64,000 bases of DNA, taken from the human T2T-CHM13v2.0 reference genome, Homo sapiens. Numbering within the stretch: the stretch's first letter is position 1; each line of letters starts with the position of its first letter. Below are positions 13,436-27,127 of this stretch, one piece after another. A program made the translations under genes and the position numbers. The stretch lies in NCBI RefSeq assembly GCF_009914755.1, contig NC_060946.1; one strand, 5' to 3'. The notes beneath the pieces were generated by a model. That model searched no databases. It saw only the letters and a list, made by a program, of their open reading frames with translations, and was not told the origin of the DNA.

Positions 13436-14910
13436 AGGATCTGCGTACAGAGGTTATTGTGAAATATCTCTGCACTGATAAACTAGGTGGTGTAACCCTT
13501 GTCCAAGTTCTGCCTACAGGGGCGTTTTCACATATCCCTGAACTGATGACAAAGGTGATGTAACTCTTGCCTAGGCTTTGCCTACAGGGGACATTGGACA
13601 TATATCTGCACTGATCACCCAGGTGATGCAACACTTGCCTAGGCTTTGCCTACAGGGGTCATTGTGACATATCTCTTCAATGATCACCCATGTGATGCAA
13701 CTCTTGCCTAGGCTTTTCCTACAGGGGACATTGTGACATAACTCTGCACTGATTTCGCAGGTACTGTAACTTTAGGCTATGCTCTGGCTACACGGCATTG
13801 TGATATATCACTGCACTGAACAACCAGGTGATATAACCCCTGTAAAAGCTCTGCCTACTGTGGGCTTGTGACATATCTCTGCACGGATCACCCAGGTGAT
13901 ATAGCTCTTCTCTAGGATCTGCCTACAGGGTGCTTTGTGACATATCCCTGCACTGATCACCCTGGTGGTCTAACTCTGGTCTAAGCTCTTCCTAAAGGGG
14001 CATTGTGACAGATCTCTGCACTGATCACTCAGGTGATGTAACTGTTGTCTAGGCTCTGCTTCAAGGGGCCTTGTCACAAATCTCTGCACTGATCACCCAG
14101 GTGATGTAACACATCTAAGTTCGGCCTAAAGGAGCTTTGTGACATATCTCTGCACTGATCACTTAGGTGATGTAACACTTTTATAAGCACTGCCTACAGG
14201 GAATTTTGACAAATCTGTACACTGATCACCTAGGTGATGTAACTCTTGTCTACCCTCTGTCCAACGGGGCATTGTGAAATATCTCTGCACTGATGACCCA
14301 GGTGATTCAACTCTTGACTAGGATCTGCCTACAGAGGTTATTGTGAAATATCTCTGCACTGATAAACTAGGTGGTGTAACCCTTGTCCAAGTTCTGCCTA
14401 CAGGGGCGTTTTCACATATCCCTGAACTGGTGACAAAGGTGATGTAACTCTTGCCTAGGCTTTGCCTACAGGGGACATTGTGACATATCTCTTCAATGAT
14501 CACCCATGTGATGCAACTGTTGCCTAGGCTTTGCCTTCAGGGGACATTGTGACATATCTCTGCACTGATCTCCCAGGTGCTGTAACTTTAGTCTAGGGTC
14601 TGGCTACACGGCATTGTGACACATCACTGCACTGATCAACCAGGTGATATAACTCTTTTATAGGCTCTGCCTACAGTGGGCTTGTGACATATCTCTGTAC
14701 TGATCACCCAGGTGATATATCTCTTTTCTAGGATCTGCCTACAGGTTGCTTTGTGACATATCCCTGCACTGATCACCCAGGAGATCTAACTCTGTTCTAA
14801 GCTCTGCTTAAAGGGGAATTGTGACAGATCTCTGCACTGATCACTCAGGTGATGTAACTGTTTTCTAGGCTCTGCTTCCAGGGGCCTTGTCACATATCTC
14901 TGCACTGATC
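13207..14910. repeat. Long HOR variant (2,790 bp between anchors) with re-iteration of M22-M29 plus M1-M5
   Basis: After M5 the sequence jumps at about 14091-14110 back to M22 (ACATCTAAGTTCGGCC at 13227 and 14111, offset 884). The second pass lacks one 68-bp monomer, giving a net +816. Confidence 0.85.
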
Positions 14911-17900
14911 ACCCAGGTGATGTAACTCTTGTCTAGGCTCTGCTTCCAGGGCATATTGTGACATATCTATGCACTGATCACCTTAGTGATTTAACACTTG
15001 TGTAGGCTCGGCCCACAGGGGAATCTTGACATATCTCTGCACTGTTAACCGAGGTGATTTAACTCTAGTCTAGGCTGTGCCCACAGGGGGATTGAGACAT
15101 ATCTCTGCACTGATCCCGAGGTGATCCAACTCTAGCCTGGTCTCTGCCTACTGGGGACATTGTCACATATCCCTGCCCTGATCTCCCAGGTGCAGCAACT
15201 TTAGTCTAGGCTCTGGCTACACGACATTATGACATATCACTGCACTGATCACCCAGGTGATATAACTCTTGTCTAGGCTCTGCCTACAATGGTCTTGTGA
15301 CATATCTCTGCACTGATCACCCAGGTGATGTAACTATTCTCTAAGATCTGACCACAGGGTGCATTGTGACATATCCCTGCAATGATCACCCAGGTGATAT
15401 ACCACTTGCCAAGGCTCTGCCTACAGGGGCATTGCAATGTATCTCTGCACTGATCACCTAGGTCTTGTAACTCTTTTCTAGGATCTGCCTACAGGGTGCT
15501 TTGTGACGTATCCCAGCAAGGATTACCCAGGTGATGTACCGCTCATCAAGGCTCTGCCTACAGGCACATCGCGATGTATCTCTGCACTGATCACCTAGGT
15601 CATGTAACCTTTGTCTAGGCTCTGCCTACGATGGCATTGTGACATATCTCTGCAATAATCATCCAAGTGATGTAACACTTGTCTAGGATCTGCCTAAATT
15701 AACTTTGTGACATAACCCTGTACTGATCATCCAGGTGATGGGGCTTTTGTCTAGGCTCTGCCTAAGGGGGCATTGTGACATATTTCTGCATTGATCACCC
15801 AGGTGGCGAACTGTTCTCTTGGATCTGCCTAAGGGGCATTGTGACAAATCTCTGCACTGATCACCCAGGTGACGTAACTGTTGTGTAACCTCTGCCGACA
15901 GGGGAATTGTGAGAGATCTCGCCACTGATCACCCAAGTGATGTAACCATTGTCTAGGCTTTGCGTACAGGGGGCTTTGTGACATACCTTTGCACTGATCA
16001 CCCAGGTGATGTAACACATCTATGTTCGGCCTAAAGGAGCTTTGTGACATATCTCTGCACTGATCACTTAGGCGATGTAACACTTTTTTAACCACTGCCT
16101 ACAGGGAACTTTGACAAATCTGTACACTGATCACCTAGGTGACGTAACTCTTGTCTACCCTCTGTCCAACGGGTCATTGTGAAATATCTCTGCACTGATC
16201 ACCCAGGTGATTCAACTCTTGACTAGGATCGGCCTACAGAGGTTATTGTGAAATATCTCTGCACTGATAAACTAGGTGGTGTAACCCTTGTCCAAGCTCT
16301 GCCTACAGGGGCGTTTTCACATATCCCTGAACTGATGACAGAGGTGATGTTACACTTGCCTAGGCTTTGCCTACAGGGGACATTGGACATATATCTGCAC
16401 TGATCTCCCAGGTGATGCAACTCTGGCCTAGGCTTTGCCTACAGGGGACATTGTGACATATCTCTTCAATGATCACCCATGTGATGCAACTCTTGCCTAG
16501 GCTTTGCCTAAAGGGGACATTGTGACATATCTCTGCACTGATCTCCCAGGTGCTGTAACTTTAGTCTAGGCTCTGGCTACACGGCTTTGTGACATATCAC
16601 TGCACTGATCAACCAGGTGATATAACTCTTGTATAGGCTCTGCCTACAGGGGGCTTGTGATATATCTCTGCACTGATCACCCAGGTGATATAGCTCTTCT
16701 CTAGGATCTGCCTACAGGGTGCTTTGTGACATATCCCTGCACTGATCACCCAGGTGATCTAACTCTGGTCAAAGCTCTGCCTAAAGGGGCATTGTGACAG
16801 ATCTCTGCACTGATCACTCAGGTGATGTACCTGTTGTCTAGGCTCTGCTTCAAGGGGCCTTGTCACATATCACTGCAATGATCACCCAGGTGATGTAACT
16901 CTTGTCTAGGCTCTGCTTCCAGGGCATGTTGTGACATATCTATGCACTGATCACCTTAGTGATGTAACACTTGTGTAGGCTCGGCCTACAGGGGAGTCTT
17001 GACATATCTCTGCACTGTTAACCGTGGTGATTTAACTCTTGTCTAGGCTGTGCCCACAGGGGGATTGAGACATATCTCTGCACTGATCCCGAGGTGATCC
17101 AACTCTTGCCTGGTCTCTGCCTACTGGGGACATTGTGACATATCTCTGCACTGATCTCCCAGGTGCTGCAACTTTAGTCTAGGCTCTGGCTACGCGACAT
17201 TGTGATATATCACTGCACTTATCACCCATGTGATATAACTCTTGTCTAGGCTTTGCCTACAATGGTCTTGTGACATATCTCTGCACTGATCACCCAGGTG
17301 ATATAACTATTCTCTAGGATCTGACCACAGGGAGCTTTGTGACATATCCCTGCAATGATCACCCAGGTGATATACCACTTGCCAAGGCTCTATCTACAGG
17401 GGCATTGCAATGAATCTCTGCACTGATCACCTACGTCTTGTAACTCTTTTCTAGGATCTGCCTATAGGGTGCTTTGTGACGTATCCCAGCAAAGATTACC
17501 CAGGTGATGTACCGCTCATCAAGGCTCTGCCTACAGGCACATGGCGATGTATCTCTGCCCTGATCACCTAGGTCATGTGACCTTTGTCTAGGCTCTGCCT
17601 ACGATGGCGTCGTGAAATATCTCTGCACTAATCATCCAAGTGATGTAACACTTGTGTAGGATCTGCCTAAATTAACTTTGTGACATAACCCTGTACTGAT
17701 CATCCAGGTGATGGGGCTTTTGTCTAGGCTCTGCCTAAGGGGGCATTGTGACATAATTCTGCATTGATCTCCCATGTGGCGAGCTCTTCTCTTCGATCTG
17801 CCTATGTGGGCATTGTGACAAATCTCTGCACTGATCACCCAAGTGACGTAGCTGTTGTGTAACCTCTGCCGACAGGGGAATTGTGAGAGATCTCGCCACT

Positions 17901-18619
17901 GATCACCCAAGTGATGTAACCATTGTCTAGGCTTTGCGTACAGGGGGCTTTGTGACATACATTTGCACTGATCACCCAGGTGATGTAACACATCTATGTT
18001 CGGCCTAAAGGAGCTTTGTGACATATCTCTGCACTGATCACTTAGGTGATGTAACACTTTTATAACCACTGCCTACAGGGAACTTTGACAAATCTGTACA
18101 CTGATCACCTAGGTGACGTAACTCTTGTCTACCCTCTGTCCAACGGGTCATTGTGAAATATCTCTGCACTGATTACCCAGGTGATTCAACTCTTGACTAG
18201 GATCTGCCTACAGAGGTTATTGTGAAATATCTCTGCACTGATAAACTAGGTGGTGTAACCCTTGTCCAAGCTCTGCCTACAGGGGCGTTTTCACATATCC
18301 CAGAACTGATGACAGAGGTGATGTTACACTTGCCTAGGCTTTGCCTACAGGGGACATTGGACATATATCTGCACTGATCTCCCAGGTGATGCAACTCCGG
18401 CCTAGGCTTTGCCTACAGGGGACATTGTGACATATCTCTTCAATGATCACCCATGTGATGCAACTCTTGCCCAGGCTTTGCCTAAAGGGGACATTGTGAC
18501 ATATCTCTGCACTGATCTACCAGGTGCTGTAACTTTAGTCTAGGCTCTGGTTACACGGCATTGTGACATATCACTGCACTGATCAACCAGGTGATATAAC
18601 TCTTGTATAGGCTCTGCCT

Positions 18620-19846
18620 ACAGGAACCTTGTGATATAACTCTGCACTGATCACCCAGGTGATATAGCTCTTCTCTAGGATCTGCCTACAGGGTGCTTTG
18701 TGACATATCCCTGCACTGATCACCCAGGTGATCTAACTCTGGTCAAAGCTCTGCGTAAAGGGGCATTGTGACAGATCTCTGCACTGATCACTCAGGTGAT
18801 GTACCTGATGTCAAGGCTCTGCTTCAAGGGGCCTTGTCACATATCTCTGCACTGATCACCCAGGTGATGTAACTCTTGTCTAGGCTCTGCTTCCAGGGCA
18901 TATTGTGACATATCTATGCAGTGATCACCTTAGTGATGTAACACTTGTGTAGGCTCGGCCTACAGGGGAGTCTTGACATATCTCTGCACTGTTAACCGAG
19001 GTGATTTAACTCTTGTCTAGGCTGTGCCCACAGGGGGATTGAGACATATCTCTGCACTGATCACGAGGTGATCCAACTCTTGCCTGGTCTCTGCCTACTG
19101 GGGACATTGTGACATATCTCTGCACTGATCTCCCAGGTGCTGCAACTTTAGTCTAGGCTCTGGCTACACGACATTGTGACATATCACTGCACTGATCACC
19201 CAGGTGATATAAATCTTGTCTAGGCTCTGCCTACAGGGGGCTTGTGACATATCTCTGCACTGACCACCCAAGTGATGTAGCTCTTCTCTAGGATCTGCCT
19301 ACAGGGTGCTTTGTGACATATCCCTGCACTGATCACCCAGGTGATCTAACTCTGGTCTAAGCTCTGCCTAAAGGGGCATTGTGACAGATCTCTGCACTGA
19401 TCACTCAGGTGATGTAACTGTTGTCTAGGCTCTGCTTCAAGGGTCCTTGTCACATATCTCTGCACTGATCACCCAGGTGATGTAACTCTTGTCTAGGCTC
19501 TGCTTCCAGGGCATATTGTGACATATCTATGCACTGATCACCTTAGTGATGTAACAATTGTGTAGGCTCGGCCTACAGGGGAATCTTGACATATCTCTGC
19601 ACTGTTAACTGAGGTGATTTAACTCTTGTCTAGGCTGTGCCCACAGGGGTATTGAGACATACCTCTGCACAGATCCCGAGGTGATCCAACTCTTGCCTGG
19701 TCTCTGCCTACTGGGGACATTGTGACAAATCTCTGCACTGATCTCCCAGGTGCTGCAAATTTAGTCTAGGCTCTGGCTACACGACATTGTGACATATCAC
19801 TGCACTGATCACCCAGGTGATATAAGTCTTGTCTAGGCCCTGCCTA
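18620..19846. repeat. 9-monomer (613 bp) internal duplication producing a 38-mer, 2,587-bp HOR variant (copy 1)
   Basis: Anchor spacing 17656 to 20243 is 2,587. M3-M10 occur twice, with an M11/M2 hybrid monomer at about 19194-19261. Confidence 0.87.
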
Positions 19847-22800
19847 CAATGGTCTTGTGACATGTCTCGGCACTGATCACCCAGGTGATATAACTATTCT
19901 CTAGGATCTGACCACAGGGTGCTTTGTGACATGTCCCTGCAATGATCACCGAGGTGATATACCACTTGCCAAAGCTCTGCCTACAGGGGCATTGCAATGT
20001 ATCTCTACACTGATCACCTAGGTCTTGTAACTCTTTTCTAGGATCTGCCTACAGGGTGCTTTGTGACGTATCCCAGCAAGGATTACCCAGGTGATGTACC
20101 GCTCATCAAGGCTCTGCCTACAGGCACATCGCGATGTATATCTGCACTGATCACCTAGGTCATGTAACTTTTGTCTAGGCTCTGCCTACGATGGCATTGT
20201 GACATATCTCTGCACTAATCATCCAAGTGATGTAACACTTGTCTAGGATCTGCCTAAATTAACTTTGTGACATAACCCTGTACTGATCATCCAGGTGATG
20301 GGGCTTTTGTCTAGGCTCTGCCTAAGGGGGCATTGTGACATATTTCTGCATTGATCACCCAGGTGGCGAACTCTTCTCTTGGATCTGCCTATGGGGGCAT
20401 TGTGACAAATCTCTGCACTGATCACCCAGGTGACGTAACTGTTGTGTAACCTCTGCCGACAGGGGAATTGTGAGAGATCTCGCCACTGATCACCCAAATG
20501 ATGTAACCATTTTCTAGGCATTGCGTACAGGGGGCTTTGTGTCATACCTTTACACTGATCACCCAGGTGATGTAACACATCTAAGTTCGGCCTAAAGGAG
20601 CTTTGTGACATATCTCTGCACTGATCACTTAGGTGATGTAACACTTTTATAACCACTGCCTACAGGGAATTTTGACAAATCTGTACACTGATCACCTAGG
20701 TGATGTAACTCTTGTCTACCCTCTGTCCAACGGGTCATTGTGAAATATCTCTGCACTGATCACCCAGGTGATTCAACTCTTGACTAGGATCTGCCTAGAG
20801 AGGTTATTGTGAAATATCTCTGCACTGATAAACTAGGTGGTGTAACCCTTGTCCAAGCTCTGCCTACAGGGGCGTTTTCACATATCCCTGAACTGATGAC
20901 AGAGGTGATGTAACACTTGCCTAGGCTTTGCCTACAGGGGACATTGGACATACATCTGCACTGATCTCCCATGTGATGCAACTCTGGCCTAGGCTTTGCC
21001 TACAGGGGACATTTTGACATATCTCTTCAATGATCACCCATGTGATGCAACTTTTGCCTAGGCTTTGCCGACAGGGGACATTGTGACATATCTCTGCATT
21101 GATCTCGCAGGTGCTGTAACTTTAGTCTAGGCTCTGGCGGCACGGCATTGTGACATATTACTGCACTGATCAACCAGGAGATATAACTCTTGTATAGGCT
21201 CTGCCTACAGGGGGCTTGTGACATATCTCTGCACTCATCACCCAGGTGATGTAGCTCTTCTCTAGGATCTGCCTACAGGGTGCTTTGTGACATATCCCTG
21301 CACTGATCACCCAGGTGATCTAACTCTGGTCTAAGCTCTGCCTAAAGGGGCATTGTGACAGATCTCTGCACTGATCACTCAGGTGATGTAACTGTTGTCT
21401 AGGCTCTGCTTCAAGGGGCCTTGTCACATATCTCTGCACTGATCACCCAGGTGATGTAACTCTTGTCTAGGCTCTGCTTCAAGGGCATATTGTGACATAT
21501 CTATGCACTGATCACCTTAGTGATGTAACAATTGTGTAGGCTCGGCCTACAGGGGAATCTTGACATATCTCTGCACTGTTAACCGAGGTGATTTAACTCT
21601 TGTCTAGGCTATGCCCACAGGGGTATTGAGACATATCTCTGCACTGATCCCGAGGTGATCCAACTCTTGCCTGGTCTCTGCCTACTGGGGACATTGTGAC
21701 AAATCTCTGCACTGATCTCCCAGGTGCTGCAACTTTAGTCTAGGCTCTGGCTACACGACATTGTGACATATCACTGCACTGATCACCCAGGTGATATAAC
21801 CCTTGTCTACGCTCTGCCTACAATGGTCTTGTGACATGTCTCTGCAATGATCACCCAGGTGATATAACTATTCTCTAGGATCTGACCACAGGGTGCTTTG
21901 TGACATATCCCTGCAATGATCACCCAGGTGATATACCACTTGCCGAGGCTCTGCCTACAGGGGCATTGCAATGTATCTCTACACTGATCAACTAGGTCTT
22001 GTAACTCTTTTCTAGGATCTGCCTACAGGGTGCTTTGTGACGTATCCCAGCAAGGATTACCCAGGTGATGTACCGCTCATCAAGGCTCTGCCTACAGGCA
22101 CATCGCGATGTATCTCTGCACTGATCACCTAGGTCATGTAACCTTTGTCTAGGCTCTGCCTACGATGGCATTGTGACATATCTCTGCAATAATCATCCAA
22201 GTGATGTAACACTTGTCTAGGATCTGCCTAAATTAACTTTGTGACATAACCCTGTACTGATCATCCAGGTGATGGGGCTTTTGTCTAGGCTCTGCCTAAG
22301 GGGGCATTGTGACATATTTCTGCATTGATCACCCAGGTGGCGAACTCTTCTCTTGGATCTGCCTATGGGGGCATTGTGACAAATCTCTGCACTGATCACC
22401 CAGGTGACGTAACTGTTGTGTAACCTCTGCCTACAGGGGAATTGTGAGAGATCTCGCCACTGATCACCCAAGTGATGTAACCATTGTCTAGGCTTTGCGT
22501 ACAGGGGGCTTTGTGACATACGTTTGCACTGATCACCCAGGTGATGTAACACATCTAAGTTCGGCCTAAAGGAGCTTTGTGACATATCTCTGCACTGATC
22601 ACTTAGGTGATGTAACACTTTTATAACCACTGCCTACAGGGAATTTTGACAAATCGGTACACTGATCACCTAGGTGATGTAACTCTTGTCTACCCTCTGA
22701 CCAACGGGTCATTGTGAAATATCTCTGCACTGATCACCCAGGTGATTCAACTCTTGACTAGGATCTGCCTACAGAGGTTATTGTGAAATATCTCTGCACT

Positions 22801-25800
22801 GATAAACTAGGTGGTGTAACCCTTGTCCAAGCTCTGCCTACAGGGGCGTTTTCACATATCCCTGAACTGATGACAGAGGTGATGTAACACTTGCCTAGGC
22901 TTTGCCTACAGGGGACATTGGACATATATCTGCACTGATCTGCCATGTGATTCAACTCTGGCCTAGGCTTTGCCTACAGGGGACATTGTGACATATCTCT
23001 TCAATGATCACCCATGTGATGCAACTCTTGCCTAGGCTTTGCCTACAGGGGACATTGTGACATATCTCTGCATTGATCTCCCAAGTGCTGTAACTTTAGT
23101 CTAGGCTCTGGCTGCACGGCATTGTGACATATTACTGCACTGATCAACCAGGAGATATAAGTCTTGTATAGGCTCTGCCTACAGGGGGCTTGTGACATAT
23201 CTCTGCACTGATCACCCAGGTGATATAGCTCTTCTCTAGGATCTGCCTACAGGGTGCTTTGTGACATATCCCTGCACTGATCACCCAGGTGATCTAACTC
23301 TGGTCTAAGCTCTGCCTAAAGGGGCATTGTGACAGATCTCTGCACTGATCACGCAGGTGATGTAAGTGTTGTCTAGGCTCCGCTTCAAGGGGCCATGTCA
23401 CATATCTCTGCACTGATCACCCAGGAGATGTAACTCTTGTCTAGGCTCTGCTTCCAGTGCCTATTGTGACATATCTATGCTCTGATCACCTTAGTGATGT
23501 AACACAGGTGTAGGATAGGCCTACAGGGGAATCTTGACATACCTCTGCATTGTTAACCGAGGTGATTTAACTCTTGCCTAGGCTGTGCCCACAGGGGGAT
23601 TGAGACATATCTCTGCACTGATCCCGAGGTGATCCAACCCTTGCCTGGTCTCTGCCTACTGGGGACATTGTGACATATCTCTGCACTGATCCCCCAGGTG
23701 CTGCAACTTTAGTCTAGGCTCTGGCTACACGACATTGTGACATATCACTGCACTGATCACCCATGTGATATAACTCTTGTCTAGGCTTTGCCTACAATGG
23801 TCTTGTGACATAACTCTGCACTGATTACCCAGGTGATGTAACTATTCTCTAGGATTTAACCACAGGGAGCTTTGTGACATATCCGGGCAATGATCACCCA
23901 GGTGATATACCACTTGCCAAGGCTCTGCCTACATGGGCATTGCAATGAATCTCTGCACTGATCACCTAGGTCTTGTAACTCTTTTCTAGGATCTGCCTAC
24001 AGGGTGCTTTGTGACGTATCCCAGCAAGGATTACCCAGGTGATATACCGCTCATCAAGGCTCTGCCTACAGGCACATCGCGATGTATCTCTGCACTGATC
24101 ACCTAGGTCATGTAACCTTTGTCTAGGCTCTGCCTACGATGGCATTGTGACATATCTCTGCAATAATCATCCAAGTGATGTAACACTTGTCTAGGATCTG
24201 CCTAAATTAACTTTGTGACATAACCCTGTACTGATCATCCAGGTGATGGGGCTTTTGTCTAGGCTCTGCCTAAGGGGGCATTGTGACATATTTCTGCATT
24301 GATCACCCAGGTGGCGAACTGTTCTCTTGGATCTGCCTAAGGGGCATTGTGACAAATCTCTGCACTGATCACCCAGGTGACGTAACTGTTGTGTAACCTC
24401 TGCCGACAGGGGAATTGTGAGAGATCTCGCCACTGATCACCCAAGTGATGTAACCATTGTCTAGGCTTTGCGTACAGGGGGCTTTGTGACATACCTTTGC
24501 ACTGATCACCCAGGTGATGTAACACATCTATGTTCGGCCTAAAGGAGCTTTGTGACATATCTCTGCACTGATCACTTAGGCGATGTAACACTTTTTTAAC
24601 CACTGCCTACAGGGAACTTTGACAAATCTGTACACTGATCACCTAGGTGACGTAACTCTTGTCTACCCTCTGTCCAACGGGTCATTGTGAAATATCTCTG
24701 CACTGATCACCCAGGTGATTCAACTCTTGACTAGGATCGGCCTACAGAGGTTATTGTGAAATATCTCTGCACTGATAAACTAGGTGGTGTAACCCTTGTC
24801 CAAGCTCTGCCTACAGGGGCGTTTTCACATATCCCTGAACTGATGACAGAGGTGATGTTACACTTGCCTAGGCTTTGCCTACAGGGGACATTGGACATAT
24901 ATCTGCACTGATCTCCCAGGTGATGCAACTCTGGCCTAGGCTTTGCCTACAGGGGACATTGTGACATATCTCTTCAATGATCACCCATGTGATGCAACTC
25001 TTGCCTAGGCTTTGCCTAAAGGGGACATTGTGACATATCTCTGCACTGATCTCCCAGGTGCTGTAACTTTAGTCTAGGCTCTGGCTACACGGCTTTGTGA
25101 CATATCACTGCACTGATCAACCAGGTGATATAACTCTTGTATAGGCTCTGCCTACAGGGGGCTTGTGATATATCTCTGCACTGATCACCCAGGTGATATA
25201 GCTCTTCTCTAGGATCTGCCTACAGGGTGCTTTGTGACATATCCCTGCACTGATCACCCAGGTGATCTAACTCTGGTCAAAGCTCTGCCTAAAGGGGCAT
25301 TGTGACAGATCTCTGCACTGATCACTCAGGTGATGTACCTGTTGTCTAGGCTCTGCTTCAAGGGGCCTTGTCACATATCACTGCAATGATCACCCAGGTG
25401 ATGTAACTCTTGTCTAGGCTCTGCTTCCAGGGCATGTTGTGACATATCTATGCACTGATCACCTTAGTGATGTAACACTTGTGTAGGCTCGGCCTACAGG
25501 GGAGTCTTGACATATCTCTGCACTGTTAACCGTGGTGATTTAACTCTTGTCTAGGCTGTGCCCACAGGGGGATTGAGACATATCTCTGCACTGATCCCGA
25601 GGTGATCCAACTCTTGCCTGGTCTCTGCCTACTGGGGACATTGTGACATATCTCTGCACTGATCTCCCAGGTGCTGCAACTTTAGTCTAGGCTCTGGCTA
25701 CGCGACATTGTGATATATCACTGCACTTATCACCCATGTGATATAACTCTTGTCTAGGCTTTGCCTACAATGGTCTTGTGACATATCTCTGCACTGATCA

Positions 25801-27127
25801 CCCAGGTGATATAACTATTCTCTAGGATCTGACCACAGGGAGCTTTGTGACATATCCCTGCAATGATCACCCAGGTGATATACCACTTGCCAAGGCTCTA
25901 TCTACAGGGGCATTGCAATGAATCTCTGCACTGATCACCTACGTCTTGTAACTCTTTTCTAGGATCTGCCTATAGGGTGCTTTGTGACGTATCCCAGCAA
26001 AGATTACCCAGGTGATGTACCGCTCATCAAGGCTCTGCCTACAGGCACATGGCGATGTATCTCTGCCCTGATCACCTAGGTCATGTGACCTTTGTCTAGG
26101 CTCTGCCTACGATGGCGTCGTGAAATATCTCTGCACTAATCATCCAAGTGATGTAACACTTGTGTAGGATCTGCCTAAATTAACTTTGTGACATAACCCT
26201 GTACTGATCATCCAGGTGATGGGGCTTTTGTCTAGGCTCTGCCTAAGGGGGCATTGTGACATAATTCTGCATTGATCTCCCATGTGGCGAGCTCTTCTCT
26301 TCGATCTGCCTATGTGGGCATTGTGACAAATCTCTGCACTGATCACCCAAGTGACGTAGCTGTTGTGTAACCTCTGCCGACAGGGGAATTGTGAGAGATC
26401 TCGCCACTGATCACCCAAGTGATGTAACCATTGTCTAGGCTTTGCGTACAGGGGGCTTTGTGACATACATTTGCACTGATCACCCAGGTGATGTAACACA
26501 TCTATGTTCGGCCTAAAGGAGCTTTGTGACATATCTCTGCACTGATCACTTAGGTGATGTAACACTTTTATAACCACTGCCTACAGGGAACTTTGACAAA
26601 TCTGTACACTGATCACCTAGGTGACGTAACTCTTGTCTACCCTCTGTCCAACGGGTCATTGTGAAATATCTCTGCACTGATTACCCAGGTGATTCAACTC
26701 TTGACTAGGATCTGCCTACAGAGGTTATTGTGAAATATCTCTGCACTGATAAACTAGGTGGTGTAACCCTTGTCCAAGCTCTGCCTACAGGGGCGTTTTC
26801 ACATATCCCAGAACTGATGACAGAGGTGATGTTACACTTGCCTAGGCTTTGCCTACAGGGGACATTGGACATATATCTGCACTGATCTCCCAGGTGATGC
26901 AACTCCGGCCTAGGCTTTGCCTACAGGGGACATTGTGACATATCTCTTCAATGATCACCCATGTGATGCAACTCTTGCCCAGGCTTTGCCTAAAGGGGAC
27001 ATTGTGACATATCTCTGCACTGATCTACCAGGTGCTGTAACTTTAGTCTAGGCTCTGGTTACACGGCATTGTGACATATCACTGCACTGATCAACCAGGT
27101 GATATAACTCTTGTATAGGCTCTGCCT

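Larger units (their letters stand above)
1..14500. repeat. HOR subfamily domain I
   Basis: Shared diagnostic variants: GATTTCCCAGG (M1), CTCCCTTGTGCTGC (M10), GATCACATAGG (M11), TAGTCTCTGCCTACG (M16), GGTGTCGTAAC (M20), GATGACCCAGG (M25), CAAGTTCTGC (M26). Confidence 0.85.
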
